Of a stretch of 64,000 nucleotides of DNA, positions 48,701 through 62,450 are shown in pieces; the first letter of the stretch is position 1; the number at the start of each line of letters is the position of its first letter. Both the position numbers and the translations under genes were made by a program. The stretch lies in assembly GCA_013265495.1 (NCBI GenBank), contig MU058444.1, positions 1,240,001 through 1,304,000 of the forward strand, in the 5' to 3' direction. The stretch is from Vicugna vicugna. Its lineage: Eukaryota. Under the pieces are notes generated by a model that was not told where the DNA came from, ran no database searches, and was given only the letters and a program-made list of their open reading frames with translations.

Positions 48701-50935
48701 ATCTAAAGGAAGAGTCTAAACAAAAGATGACTTAAGGCCATCATGCTTTTGCAGGAAACAGCTGGAATTAGGAGATTTGGCTCAGTCTTAAATTGTAGGG
48801 ACCTTCCTTTCTTATTTCTAAAAAGGAACCTATATTAACTGAGATTGTAGAACTAAGAGCAAACTTTTAAAAATGAGGTTATTAGATAACACAGTTTAAT
48901 TATAGCCCAAGCTGTTAATATCAGCGTGTGGAAGAAATGAACAGTTTTCATAAACATTGCATCCTGTGTGTTTAGAGTAAGCAGTTTGTTGGGATAGTTC
49001 GGTTTATTGACTAAAATGAAGCAATGCAGCCGAAATGAACTGTTTAAACACAGAAGAAAAGGCAACTTTACCGAGCAACCTGACGGATTCGGTGAGAAGT
49101 CAGCTTTCCAAATAGAAGCTTAGTTTGCTTAGCTGGAAGGCATCAGGAATAATTAGTCATTGCACGTAACCTATTCGTTAACTCTTCCTCTGAGGGGAAA
49201 CTGAAAATCGGCCACTGTGTATGGCCACTGTGTTTTGTTTTGTTTTGTTTCTTTTAAGAGAAATTGAAAGGGAGAACATTGATTTATTGCCGAAAATGTC
49301 CGATAAAGGGTGCATCCAAGTTGAGCAGAACGGCGCACAATTTTTGTTCTTTGTTTTGATGTTTCAGCCTGCAGATGTTTGCTGTTTTTGTAAGGAAATA
49401 ATGGTGTTAGCCATGAGTTTTCTTGGAAAGAGCAAGCTTAAAAGCTTTGGAGTGCTGGAATCCCAGTCTGCCCCGCCAATGGAACACGGACGGAATGGTA
49501 GGTGAGGTGCCTGGGGAGTCATTCCTCAGCAGCATCTGGAAGGAAACAATAAGTGCCGGAGGGTTTACTTTTCAGGCAAATGATTAAAAGGCGATTAAGT
49601 GAAGGTGTTAGGACGTGAGGGAGGGGAAGATGCACTGAAGCTGGATATATAAAATGGAACAGAGGGATTATGGCAAGGACTTAACAGAATGAACCGTAGA
49701 TCACAGCTGAACGTATAAAAAAAGCTGGAATTGGAATTGGGACAGAGCAGCTTACAGGTATCATGTGAAACAGAACATGCAACTCACATAAGACAGAACG
49801 TACTGGGACGTGGCTGTGAGGAACAGCAAGAGACAGTGACGACGTCCGGTTATTCATAGCCACTGGCTAGCGTCTCTCAGAGCTGGAAAGACGTCCTGCT
49901 ACTATCCCTTTATAGGCTCACCCTGATCGTACTAGCCGTCCTTTAAAGTCCTGAGAAAGCTCTGGGTTTTGGAAATGGAAATCCAAGGCTCTGATCAAGC
50001 GAGTGGTTTGACCTCAGCAGTGACGCTGACTCGTTCATCATGTGGAAGATAGCGTTGCTTTCCACTAGTTCACACGATCGCATCTTCCTGCCCGTTCCTC
50101 ACACCTACTCACAGTTCCCCACTCCCCACTGCCAAAGAATGCATGAATGAATAAAGGAAGGAAGGTAGGAGGGAATAAATACGATTCTCTGTTTAGTTTA
50201 GAGCATACGGGCTGAAAGCTAGTTTATTTCTCCCCCAGAAGACTCAAGTTGATCCTGAAACAGAAAACCAAGCTTTCTTTGAATACGAGTTTTTTTTTTT
50301 CTGGATGCCAGCTATTTGAGCATCCGGAAAAGTTAGCAGTTAAAAAGATAAGGCAGCACTTTGGGAACAAGTGCCCGACTCTATCCCCAGTCTTCCTTCC
50401 CACTAAAGCTCCTTGAGTCTCAGTCTGTGGAAACTCTGCAAACACAAGGCTCAACCTCCACTCCAGGCTCAAAGTCTGAGAACTGGGTTTGATTAGGCAG
50501 GGTGCGTAAACACCGTGACACACGGCTTCACACTGTCGGCGCCTTAAAACCATCACAGATGAATTCTTGCCCAAGTCCGGTGGGGAGGATTTGCCACTCA
50601 GGGCCCCAGGCTCCTTCTTGCTTGGTCCTGCCCTGCTCTTGGTCCTCCCCACTGAGAGGAGGGGGAGAAAGTCCATGTGAGAAACACACCTTCTTCGTAC
50701 CCCTTCTCTCCAGAAGCGACACCTCTTCCTTTGCTCTGTTGTCAAGAATTCACTGGATCGGTCACACCCAGAGGGGAGGGGGCGGGGACTGGGGGCTACA
50801 GCCCCCACCACAGACACTTAACCTTCCCAGCACCTCTCTAGACAGGCTCTTTTTCTGCATTTAAAAAAAAAATGTAAATCAGCTGGGGCACATTCAAGGA
50901 CAAGCTAACTGGTCAAATTAAATACAGGGCTGTGG

Positions 50936-51080
50936 CGGAGAGGGCAGAGCTCACTGGTAGAGCGTGTGCTTAGCGTGCACGAGGTCCTGGGTTCAATCCC
51001 CAGGACCTCCATTAAACAAATGAATAAATAGGCCTAATTACCTCCCCTCCAAAATAAAAAATAAACAAGTGAATAAATAA
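50936..51080 (+). mobile_element. tRNA-Ala-derived SINE (Vic-1-type)
   Basis: agctcactggtagagcgtgtgcttagcgtgcacgaggtcctgggttcaatccccaggacctccattaaa...cctaattacctcccc plus A-rich tail. Confidence 0.92.
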
Positions 51081-51849
51081 ATTTTTTTAAAAATGGAGGG
51101 CCAGATAAGTAGTATGTGCTCCACAATAAAACTTTGGAACAAAAAGCCCCATTGAATGCTGCTGAAATACCTCTCTGGCTTCTCCTCCAGTCCAGTCTTG
51201 GCCAACGTCTGGCTCTTTGGACTGGCATTCCCTTGGGACAATCATTTCATCCTCTGAGGAATCCCAGGTGGCTAAAATGCGTCTTCGGGGTGGTTCCATT
51301 GGCAGGTGAAAGATACGGCCCCAGATTTGTTCAGGGCTCCCTCAAGGTGATGGGAGGTAGCACGCGGATGACCAAGATCGCAGTCCTGACAGATGGTCTA
51401 CAAGGTCAAACAAGCTTTGATGGGCTTTGGGAAGGAGCAGCGGTTTGGATAATTCTGAGGATGGTGGGCCCGCTGACGGATAGAAGATTTTTAAATGTTC
51501 TGCTCGGAGGGGAAGCCAGGTTGGAAACAGGACTCCCGGTCCAGGACACTGCCTGGACCTCACCCTCATTTCCACAGAAATGTTCCACAGAAACGCAGAA
51601 GCTGGAAAAGACTTAGCCTCTAGGCGGGGTCCACGTCCTGGGGTCTGGGGGGTTCTGGCTTTGCTTATCTGTGACTGCTCTTGGTCACTGTCGTCACATG
51701 GAGGCACCATGAGAATTCTACGCAGGGACAGAGACGGGAACCTAGGTTCTCAGTGTGAAAAGTCTGCGTTTTGGTCGGGGAAGAAGGGAGGCGGTGTGTG
51801 ATTAAGTCTGTGTATCTTCTAAGTAAATGAAGCAGGAAGTTTCAGTGAG

Positions 51850-51968
51850 AGGGTCACACAGTATGATCCAGACAAGGGTGCGCTGAAAGTAAACGGGACA
51901 GTATTCACTACCCCAGGGCCACGGCGTAAATCGGGACCACTTCAAGCCAAGGGGATGTGTGGCCACCG
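51850..51968. mobile_element. MER81-like hAT-Blackjack MITE
   Basis: ggcgtaaatcgggacc...ggatgtgtggccacc resembles the recalled MER81 3' half. Confidence 0.5.
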
Positions 51969-52514
51969 CACATTTAAGACACCGATAACGCGTTTATCTA
52001 ATCACCGTCCTTCCAAATATTTAACAGCCCTCCTTTAAGAAAAGTTCACCTTGATACCCAACCTCCTATTTCGGTTAATTCCTGGGGTTAAATAAAAAGC
52101 ATCAGAAACATTTATCTTTGTAGGATAACCCTTTCCATATGGGTTATAAAACTGCCCCTTTGCTTTCTACACTCAAGGCTAAATATTCTCGGTGTTTTTC
52201 ACTTTCTTTCATCCGTTCTGGAAGCAGCTATGTTAACCACTTTGCGGACCTTTTCTAAGTTCTTTGCCTCGTTTAAAGGAGGTCGATGTGGGACTGTTCC
52301 CCAGCTGGGTCCCAACCAAATCCTGAGTGAGGCAGGAGTGTTACAGACTGACCCCAACTGGATACAACTTTGATCCAAGTATCCCACTGCTCACTTGTTC
52401 GCCTTGAGAATAGAAGGTTGGGGAAGGAATTCAGCAGTCTCCTAGTGTATGAAACCCTGTTCGGTACAGTGTGGGTCCCAGCTGTGCTCCCTTCGGGCGA
52501 CAAAATTTATTGAC

Positions 52515-52716
52515 TGTTAGCCACTATGAATACAAATAGATTAAAAAATAAATTTCTTCTGTATAGCACATGGGACTATATTCAGTATCTTGTAATAATC
52601 TTTAATGAAAAAGATTAAGAAAATGAATATATGCACGTACGTGCATGACTGGGAAGTTCTGCTGTACACTAGAAACTGACACATTGTAACTGATTACTTG
52701 CTTCAATAAAAAAACA
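52515..52716 (+). mobile_element. L1 3' end
   Basis: tgttagccacta...tttcttctgtatagcacatgggactatattcagtatcttgtaa...gctgtacactagaaactgacacattgtaactga..cttcaataaaaaaa. Confidence 0.9.
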
Positions 52717-54794
52717 AAGAAGAAGAGAGGTTGGTGTCATCACCACCACCATCACCACCACCACCACCAACATGGTTGTCATCATTATATAATCTCCCAA
52801 ACTCCTGGTAAAAATACTTTATTGACAGTTAACATAATATTATGACTCTCCTATATTCTTAAATGTGTCCCACGTAATAAGTCACTTGCAAATCTAGTGC
52901 AGGTATGCTAAAGTAATACTCCTGCCCCTAAATCATACTTTTGCATTAAGACAAATGATTGATGTTCTACTTAACAAGTTATTACTACATCATTTCCATC
53001 AAAAGGTCAACATCTGTATACATTCTTCAGAGAGCAAATCGATTTAAGAGAGCAGGCTCTCAAGAGAGGAGTATTTTCGCAAGCTTACGTTCCATCTCCT
53101 TTAGCTGATGTGTTCCTTTCAATATTTCCTAATACATTCAGCAGAATTATATTGAATTAAATATTAAAATCTTGTCGTAAGGGAATGGGGACTAAGCGAG
53201 AGCAGACCTTCACGGGTGAAACTCAGAATAACTACATCTGTTTCTCCAAGGGTCTTGCAAATGTCTTTTGAACACAGCCCTCCAACCCAGGCAGAGAGAT
53301 CCAAATTGCCCTTGGCTTTGGTTTGACCAGGTCCCCGGCTTTCTGTAAAATACGAGGTCTGAACTGTGACATAGCATTTAAAAAAAAAAATCAGAGAATC
53401 CTTGGCACGCATATAAAAATTCTCAAAAGGCAGAAACTGTGTCTAACTAAAATAAGACTCATATTTTGACTTCGACATTAACCTCTGATCGGCTTCTATT
53501 TCACAGTGAAATGGAAACAGATCAAGGAAAGAATTTAAAAAGCGAATGCCAGACTCTGCACACCCCGTGGGTTACAGATGTAAGGAGGTGGTGGCAGGGG
53601 GCCACTCCGCTTCCTTCAAGATCCAAAACCATTTGGAAGGAAACTGCAGAAGGAAAGACGTCTGATGGACACGTTCTCCTTGGGGTCTCTTGCCTCCTCG
53701 TTTGCCAAGCTTCCTAGACCCCATTGGTTGTTAATAAAGTTCACCAAGGAGACCTTCGGAAAGGCTGATTTCACAGAGGGAAACGGACATTAAAGGCGTT
53801 TTTATGTAGTTGCAGTTTCCTTCCATCTGCATTTCCCTACTTCACAAGCCCAAGGCAGCATGACACGGAAAGCTACAAGCAACAGGTGACATTCGACGCC
53901 CTTACTATCAGTGGGGATGCTCAGCCCAGGCTGAATCCAAAACCGGAGACCACGGCTCGCACCCTGTAATAGAGAAACCGCCTCACCCTGAGGGCATCAT
54001 TATATCCCCAACGTCCCTGGTCCTTCTCCTGTAAAACAGAGTTACGAGACGAGGCGTATCCTACACTGTGTGAATTAACTCAATAAAAATACAGATATGG
54101 AAAGTGAATGGAAAGCTAGAGTCTACTTTTTTTGACCTTTACAACGACAGCCGTGAAAGAGAAGAAGAGGCTTTCAAACTTCCCAAATCCATACAGGATT
54201 TTAAAAATAGACATTTTAGTTCAATATGAAAAACAGTACGAGTGAAAGCTACTGATTCTATTTTACAAAAAAAAAAAAAAAAACCTTGATATAATTAAAT
54301 ACATATATTTGCCAACCAGAGAGTCAGTGAATTTGGCTAAAACCACCTGAAGTTTATACTATGAATATTTGCTTTACTTAGCATATACAAGACTATTTTA
54401 TCCTACAAACATTTAACAGGATCTAAGCATTTAAGGCTTCCGGATAATGGAAACGTAAATAAAATATAGTTTCACCCATTGAGAAGCCCTCAGTCTAGCA
54501 CTGCAAATATTATGTATTTAACAAAGAGGTATTTCAATCTGTTCATCCTTAGAACAGGGAATTCTGCTTCAATGCAGAAGATATAAATGGGTCCATTAAG
54601 CACTATTCAAGAATTGGGGCTGCAGTGAAGGACATAAGAGAAACAGTTAAAAAAAAAAGTTTCCCCACTAGTAAAAAGTGAGCACCCCTCTTCAAATCAA
54701 CAAAGTAATAATAAGGCAATGTTTAAGATTAGGGGCCTTTAAGTTATTTTTTTTTCCTGTAAGAAAGACTAGATTAGACATATGAGAGACAGAT

Positions 54795-54797
<3 letters not shown>

Positions 54798-54829
<32 letters not shown>
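54798..54829. repeat. (AGAC)8 tetranucleotide microsatellite
   Basis: Counted directly. Confidence 0.95.
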
Positions 54830-56904
54830 TGATACAGATGGTGATGCAGGTACTGACTCATATGTTACCTCAGGCGCGTGTATATGTATAACTAAATGAA
54901 TAATTCTCCATAATTTCACTACATTAATTCTGCCTTCAATCATCTCTTTCTGGCCAGGAATGCCTTGTTATCCATCCAAATCCCACCTGACCTGAAATCC
55001 ACCTCCACCATAACATCTATAATCAGCATCACTAACTCCCCCGGCACTGAATCAGAACAAATGCACAGGCCTGTGAATTTTTAATTGAACTGCGAGAAAG
55101 GGTTGCAGAGGGGAAAAAGTGACCCGAATCAACAGCAGAATGAAGAAATGAGCTTTCAGAGGAGGCCAGCAGTGAAGGATGAAACCGTGGTGTGGACTGA
55201 GCTCCTGGGACAGTGTCTACGCTGGTTCTCCCCTTCCTGACACCACACACTCCTGTCCCGCCATATCCTCACCACGAAGTGTCAGCGCCGCAGCACAGCG
55301 CTCCTGCCCTCTGGACCAGCGAGAGAAATACCAGCTCCTGTTCTCAAAAGCATGATGGCATTCACAGCTCTGGCCCTTCATCAATGCCTAGAAACAACAA
55401 CTTTTGCTCATATGTTGTATTTTTCAGAGAGCTTCTCTCCTCTTGTTATTACTTGTCTTTTCTATAAATTGTATTTTTAAAAAGCAGTTCAAAATATATA
55501 CCTTTACAAAGCTGAGTATCTTTTTAAATGAGCCCCGAGTAAAATTCAAAGAAAAAATCCGTCTGATTTCCAAATGAATATGTTTAGGAAAAAGATCTGG
55601 TCATCAATATTTATTTTCTGTAAGAAAAGAGCATAAAAATTGGCTCATAAATATGCTTAGATCCAGGAAAGAAAAAAAAATCCCCCAACACCTGTGTTCA
55701 TTTAGGAATGAATTCTGATCACTAAGAAAAGGAAGACAGTCTGAAAGGGAAAATGGCAAACTCCTGGTGATTTATCAAGACACCTTCCTGCCTGCTGAAC
55801 GATGATTAAGCTCTACGCTGTTGAAAAATAGGCCAATGTTCAGAAATGTCCTGATGGGTCTCATTAAAATATCCCCACGCAATTGTCCAGCAAGGTCACA
55901 GAATCAAATATCCATACATGGGTAAATCTATGAGTAAAGAGGAAAAATCCTGTTTAGGGCATTCATAGGCACTTCTCTTTAAAGTGTTATCTCTACCAAA
56001 CAAACATTTCCAGGGGTTAAAAATGTCTCACCTGCAGAGTAGCCAATTCACGTCGCCTACTTAGGCTAACAAAGGGGGACCAGCGGGTGGAAAAGTGGGC
56101 TTCTCTGTGTTGTTTTTATTGTGAGGTCTTTAAGCAGGCTGGACAATCACTTTTGGGTCAGAACTTCTGCTAAAATGATCTTCCCCAAATATATGAGGTT
56201 GCTTTCCCTTTTTTGAACACCGCCTGCTACACATAGGCGTGACCCACCAAGTCTGCGCAGTCTAGCCCCTTGATGATGAGGGAAAAATAAAAAGAAACAG
56301 ACATAAAAGCTCAACCTGGACGGGGAAAACAGCGAAAGAAGAAAGGGTCAGAGAAAGTTACAGCCCAGAGTGAATAATCATAATGGAAGCCGGAAGACTT
56401 GGAGGAGCTCAGAGCTAATGAAAAAAACAAGAACACAGGGTGGGGGGAGAGAAGGATGCGAAAGCCAGCTGGAAGGAGAGAAAGCAAGGGACAGGGGAGC
56501 CAACAGCAAACCCAAGGACAGAGAGTATCGGAGATTGAAGAGAACAGGAAATTTATTGGAAACCAAGTTGTTTTTCCTTTTGTATCCAATGCAATTCTCG
56601 TCCAGGCAGAACTCTAGTCTCACCCTCAAAGAGGACAGAAGGGAAGTCGAAACTCATAGGAGTCTTTCGTGGGCTGGAGCCAGGAGCTCTGGAAAGACAG
56701 ACCAGAGGAAACGTGAGCAGACAGCAGACCCTCTGACGGCAGATACAGGGAGAAGCAGATACAGCATCGCCCAGCACAGCGTTTCCCAAAATTAGGTGAA
56801 ATGAAAGCAGTGAGAGGGGGTTCCAACTCAGAGATACTGAATCTGGATTTCCACCCCATTTAATGAACACTTCAGTTGATTCGTATCACCAGAAAAGTCA
56901 GGAA

Positions 56905-57105
56905 GCGCTGGTACGGTGGTGAAAACTGGGGATTCTGGAAATCTAGCAGCCCAAATTCAATTCCTAGATCATGAGCTACTGACCACAAACAAGATCTTTA
57001 ACATCTCTGCATCCCAGTTACTATCTCTATAAAATGGATTATTACAGGGACTGAGTGAGTTCCTGCAGTTAAGGCAGTTAGGCAGTGCCTAATCCATACT
57101 GTGAA
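56905..57105 (+). mobile_element. MIR SINE
   Basis: tttaacatctctgcatcccagttactatctctataaaatgg is the MIR core; flanks are compatible. Confidence 0.6.
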
Positions 57106-57525
57106 CCAGGAATGAATCAAGGCAAAGCAAAAGATAAGATTATAAAGAAAAGGTTAACAAAAAGAAGAAAATATATTTACCAACTTCATGCTCATAAAAG
57201 TTGAAAGATCGGAAATAATCTTACATCCATAGATATAAAATATTATAAAGAAACTATGCATTAATCATTCATTGGTTCATTCATTCAACAAATTTGATTG
57301 AACCATGTCATACATAAAGAGGAAGTAAATAGTATATTGTTTCTCTAAAGCCAGATTCTGAAGTCAAGCATAAGATTAATTTTTATGTATTAAAAAATAT
57401 CTTCTTTATCTTTCACAATTTGTACTTACAGTGAAAGCCACTGTAAGTCAGTTTTTCCATAAAATATTACTTTTTCGTGAAGCAGCCAATCTTTTTATTC
57501 ATCTTTTGAACTTCAAAGTGTTACT

Positions 57526-57825
57526 TTATACAAACTTCCAGCTATAAGATGACTAAGTTCTAGGAACCCAATGTACAGCATAGTGATTAATTTATACTAC
57601 AGTTAATAATATTATATTATATGCTTGAAAGTTGCTAACAGAGCAGATCTGAAATGTTCTCACAACCAAAAAGAAATGGTAATTATGTGATGTGATGCAG
57701 ATGTTAGCCAAAGCTACGGTGGTAATCATTTTGCAATATATGGGTGTATGAAACCAGTATGCCTTAAACTTATGCAATGTTACACGTCAATTATAACTCA
57801 ATAAAGCCGGAAAAATAAATACATG
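57526..57825 (+). mobile_element. L1M 3' end with TSD
   Basis: caaacttccagctataagatgactaagttctagg...caattataactcaataaagc; 10-bp TSD aagtgttact at 57516-57525 and 57826-57835. Confidence 0.9.
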
Positions 57826-58439
57826 AAGTGTTACTCTCAACAGTTTGCCTATTACCTGGAATGTAACCACTTCAAAAGCTTTGTAATATGGTAAATGAAT
57901 ATACTTTTACAATTCAAATTATACTGCAAATTTAGTGTTTTAAAATATTTTCCTTGTTATGTTGTTAATCTTTCAACTAGCTTGTTCAAGACAAATGTCT
58001 CACTGAGAACCAGAAAATCTGGTCCAAATATTAATGAAAAACACTCGTTCGATAGTCTTAGGGGTTGCCAAAGTAGGGTGTACTTCAGGGGCCAATCGAC
58101 TAAACAGAAGAAAAACAGAAAGTGGTGTGTCCAACATTCGGCATGACTCTTCCTCTTGAGTCACTGGCCAACTCTGTATCATCAGGTGAGAAGCCAGAAC
58201 GAGGAGCAGCTCCTCCAGGAGCCTGAGAGGTTGGGGAGGGAATGTTCTGAGTTCAAATCCTTTAGTTAGGACCCCAGAAGGGTGACAAAAGGAAAAGTAA
58301 GAGTGACGAGAAGAGACAAGCCCACACAAAGGAAGCAGGTCCAGCCTCAAATCAGCTAAACATCTGATTGACGTAAAGTAAGCCACCGTTACACTGACTC
58401 CCTGCTGGAAGCAAAGATAATCAATCCTTCCTGCATCTC

Positions 58440-59004
58440 TAGAGTGGCTATCATCAAGATGACAAGAAATGACACGTGGGGGTGAGCGTGGAGCGAAAAG
58501 GGAACCCTTGTGCCCTGTCGATGGGAATTTTAAATTGGTGCAACCACTATGGAAAACAGTATGGAGGTTCCTCAAAAAATCAGAAATAAAACTTTCCTAC
58601 GATTCAGCAATTCTACTTCTAACTATTTATCCAAAGGAAAGGATATCACTGTCTTGGATGGATATGTGCACCCCATGTTCACAGCAGCACTATTTACAAT
58701 AGCTGAGATATGAAAACAACCTAAATGTCCATTGACAGATGGCTGGATAAAGAAAATGTGGTGTATGGGTGTATGTCTACACAAAGGCATGGTATCCAGC
58801 CACAAAAAGGAGGAGATCCTGACATCTGCTATCTGATGGACCCTGAGGGCATTACGCTTAGCAAAATAATTCAGACAGAGAAAAACAAACGCTGTATAAT
58901 CTCACTGATGCGTGGAATCTTAAAAAAATCTCAACTTATAGAACAGACTGGTGGTTGACAGAGGCAGGATGTAGAGGGTGGGCTAACTGGGAGCAAAAAA
59001 GGTC
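58440..59004 (+). mobile_element. L1 ORF2 C-terminus plus partial 3'UTR
   Basis: ORF 58469..58702 contains KLVQPLWKTVWRFLKK..LSYDSAILLL.IYPKE, the L1 ORF2 C-terminus. Confidence 0.9.
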
Positions 59005-59049
59005 ATCCTTTCTGGAGAAGGACAGTATCACTCAGAGCTTCAAATTATG

Positions 59050-60300
59050 TCTACAGTATTTTCATGTCAGGGGTCTAAACTAAACTGAAAAATTAGTAAG
59101 CATTCCAAGGCAAGATCATGAAAGAGACCCCCTGGAGATCTGAATATTGGAGTTATCAAACATGGGACATAAAATAACTGATAAATATGCAAGAATTCTT
59201 GATAAGATGGAGAACCGTGGCAGAGACCTAAAAATTGGTTTTTAAAAACACACAGAAATGCATCAATTAAAAAATATAACTAAAATGTAAAACTCAAATT
59301 AAATTAGCAGCAAGTTAGACAAAGCTAAAGAGGGAACTGGCGAAACAGAATACAGACGAGAAAAAAATTCAGACTGAACAGGGGAAGAAAAGATTTTAAA
59401 AATGAGTCTAAGAAACAGGGCACAAAGAATGTTCTAAGAATCTTCAAATTATCGGTCCAAGACAGGAAGGAGGGTGAGGGTAAAAATAATTAATTAATCA
59501 ATTAATAAAAAAAAATAAAAAAAATATTTGAAGAGAACTGGTTGAAAATTTTCCAAAACACATGGAAGCCAACAGTCATCAAGTCACAGATGGAAGTAGT
59601 GCCATGAACCATTAGCAGACAGAAAGAAAGTCACCTCCAGACACGTCACAGTCACACTGTTGGAAAAGAGGAAGGAAAGATAAATTATCAGCGAAGAACC
59701 AAAAATAAAACTAACAGCCGACTTCTCTCTGGTTTATCTCCGATTTCAATTGTCTTCCTTGAGAAACCTGCATTTTGCACTGCTGTTACGCCATTGTGCC
59801 ATAACATATTCACTTTACGGAATATATATTTATACTCAAAATTCATTATATTTATGCACATCATGTGGGTCTATACATAAGCATAATTTCAAGCAAAGAA
59901 AAACTGGAAGAAATTATCACCACCAGATTTTTACTAAAGAAAATATTAGAGCAAATACTTCTAGTTGAAGGGAAGTCATTGCAGATGAAAGAAGGGAGGT
60001 GAAGAAAGTACTGAAGAGCTAAGGAAAAGGGAAATAGGTAAATAAATATGAATGTATAGTGACTGTATAAATATATATTACAAATATACCATATAATGAA
60101 TTAACATGTACAACAAAAACAATGTAAAAAGCAGAAGGCAGTAAAAGGAGTTAAATTACCACATTTTTAATAAGTTGCAATGTACTAATTTATATACTGT
60201 TTTAATAAGTCAAGGTGGTAGGTTGACATCTTATAGGTAGCAACAACTGCACTGTAAAAACAGTGTATAATTAACAAGCTAATGAAGGGGAAAATAATAT
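59050..60300 (+). mobile_element. Ancient L1 ORF1/inter-ORF remnant; boundaries approximate
   Basis: A-rich sequence with aatatttgaagag..ggttgaaaattttccaaa and actaacagccgacttctc, typical of decayed L1M ORF1. Confidence 0.55.
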
Positions 60301-62267
60301 AATAATAACGATAAAATTACAGAATTTCAAAAGAAGTTACAGGAGAAAAGGAGGGAAAAAGGGAAGGGCAAGGACCAAAGAACAGCTGAGGCAAAGAGAA
60401 AACAGCGGATAGTAGCTTGGTCCCTTTCTGAAAATTCCTCCCCACTCATCCTAAGGTATTCAGTAAATGTATTAACAGCTGCAGAGATCCAAACTGTAAA
60501 GTACACAGTCACTTTAACCTCTTCGTTGAATTTGAGCAAACATATTACACATCCAGGTTAAATTCAAGAGACATGTTAGTTGGGATCATCATTTTTCCAA
60601 GCAAATGGAACTTCAAGGATCAGGATAGAAGGCAAAATGACTATAAATTTAATCTCACGCAATCTACAATTTTGTTTTTCAGATCTAATAGGTTTCAAAT
60701 GTTGTTTATGACAGAATCGAGATCTTTGGGGATTTTACTGTTGTGATGGCGTATCCATCCACGAAGAGGTTCAGCCACTACTTAAACAGCACTTGGTCAC
60801 CAAAGAAGGGCTACTTCACAAGGAACGTCAATTTTAATAAAAACGTTCAGACCAATCAGTTAAGCCAACTTCATCATATTCATTTCAACAGTGACAAACA
60901 GACGAAATAAAACTGGCCCTAAGAGACAGCTTAAATCACAGAAGGATCAATTTTAACCTCCTACTCTATTAAGGAAATCTTCCGCAAAACCAATGTCATT
61001 AGCAAAAAAAGAAATACAGAACTAAAGAATTTAATTAGCAGAGCTGTGATAGTAAAAGCCTTTCACTCACATTGACCCACAATATATTTGGTAATAAAAT
61101 GTTAAACTTCAAACGTGTGTATTTGTACTTACACACACGTGCATGCACAATATTAAATTTTATCTTAATAATATACTGGGGCAGAAAAAGGTCTAGATTT
61201 TAAATCTCACATTGTCTGGCACAAGATTCTTTTTAAATAGACCATCCTGTCTGTCCCAACTGCAACACAATGATTTCAAATCTTAGGGGTGCTGCCATGA
61301 TTCCCTCTGCTAGATTGAACATATGGTTAAGCCCAGTTCATCTCTCAACAGCCTCTAGAATCCATTTTCAACTCTCTTCCCCATCAAAGTATGACTAGGT
61401 TCCATGCGCTAAACAGGCAAGACACAAGCAGTCATAATATCCATCTACCAGCCGTAAGACCAAACTGATTGACAGCTGTCTTAATACTCATCACCTTGGC
61501 CACTCACATGACAAATAGCACTGGACTACCATGTGCCAATCATTGTTTTGGACTCTGAAAAGTGCTAAGGATTCCACCGTCCTCATAAACCTGAGATGCT
61601 TATGGCCTAGAGGGGTAAACATTCAGTCATTTCTTCCTTTAACAAGCATTTATTGGCCATTAAACACCAATCAGACATTTTGGTCCTTGCTGAGAATCCT
61701 ATGGCAGCATTTTGTCTTGCTGTTATGATGCCTGGGGTCAGGTAGGGAATTAAACACAAAATGGTCGTGAAAATAAATATATATTCATATTATACATCAT
61801 GAAGAGTGTACTGTGCAATAGGAGATAACAGGGAATGTTATCTTGAGAGTCTGGGAAAGATCTCACAAGAAAGCAACATTGGAATTGAGATCTCAAGGTT
61901 CGTTGGTTGAAAAGAATCTTCCCAGCAAAGAGAAAAAACAAGTAAAGACCCATGTTTCCAGAGGAAAGATGGTCAGAAAACTCAAAGAAGGGCACTGTGG
62001 CAAGAGCAAGAGAGCAGAGCTGAAGGTGATGCTGCAGAGAAATGCGATGAAGACGTGATGTGAGGCTTCCCAGAATACATCAGAAATTTTGCTGGCTATC
62101 CACTCTGAAAAGCAGTGAGAATTCCCCGAAGGTTGTGAAACAGGAGAACAGCATGATGCTACTTGAAACAGAGGACATCTCCCAAGTAGCTGTAGAAACA
62201 GTGGGTTGAAGGTTTGCAAGAGTCTAGTAGTTTATTTGAGAGAATGCCGTTTTAAAATTGACAGCAA

Positions 62268-62450
62268 TTTACAATGCTAAGTCAGTTTCCAGTGCACAGC
62301 CTAATAGTTCAATCATCCATCTACATTCATAGATTCGTTTTCATATTCTTTTTCATTATGGGTTACTACAAGATACTGACTGTAGTTCTCTGTGCTATAT
62401 ATAATAGAACCTTGTTGTTTATAAACTGACTCTACTTCAATTAAAAAAAT
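62268..62450. mobile_element. Short L1 3' end with 5' inversion; further L1 fragments follow to about 62760
   Basis: Minus-orientation 3'UTR (tttacaatgctaagtcagtttccagtgcacagc...) is joined to plus-orientation aaactgactctacttcaattaaaaaaa. Confidence 0.7.

Noticed and set aside
50224..50817. Longest ORF in the track (197 aa, minus strand)
   Set aside because: Non-ATG start, no recognisable domain and no supported splice junctions to the HMGCLL1 exons.
51087..51801. Cluster of overlapping ORFs on both strands (up to 166 aa) as a nested gene or retrocopy
   Set aside because: No translation resembled a protein family I know, and there is no poly(A), TSD or clear exon structure; consistent with chance ORFs in GC-richer DNA. 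A BLASTX search would settle it.
58000..58575. 191-aa minus-strand ORF
   Set aside because: Its start is antisense L1 ORF2 sequence (NLHTVFHSGCTNL is a common L1 antisense artefact) running into unremarkable intron.
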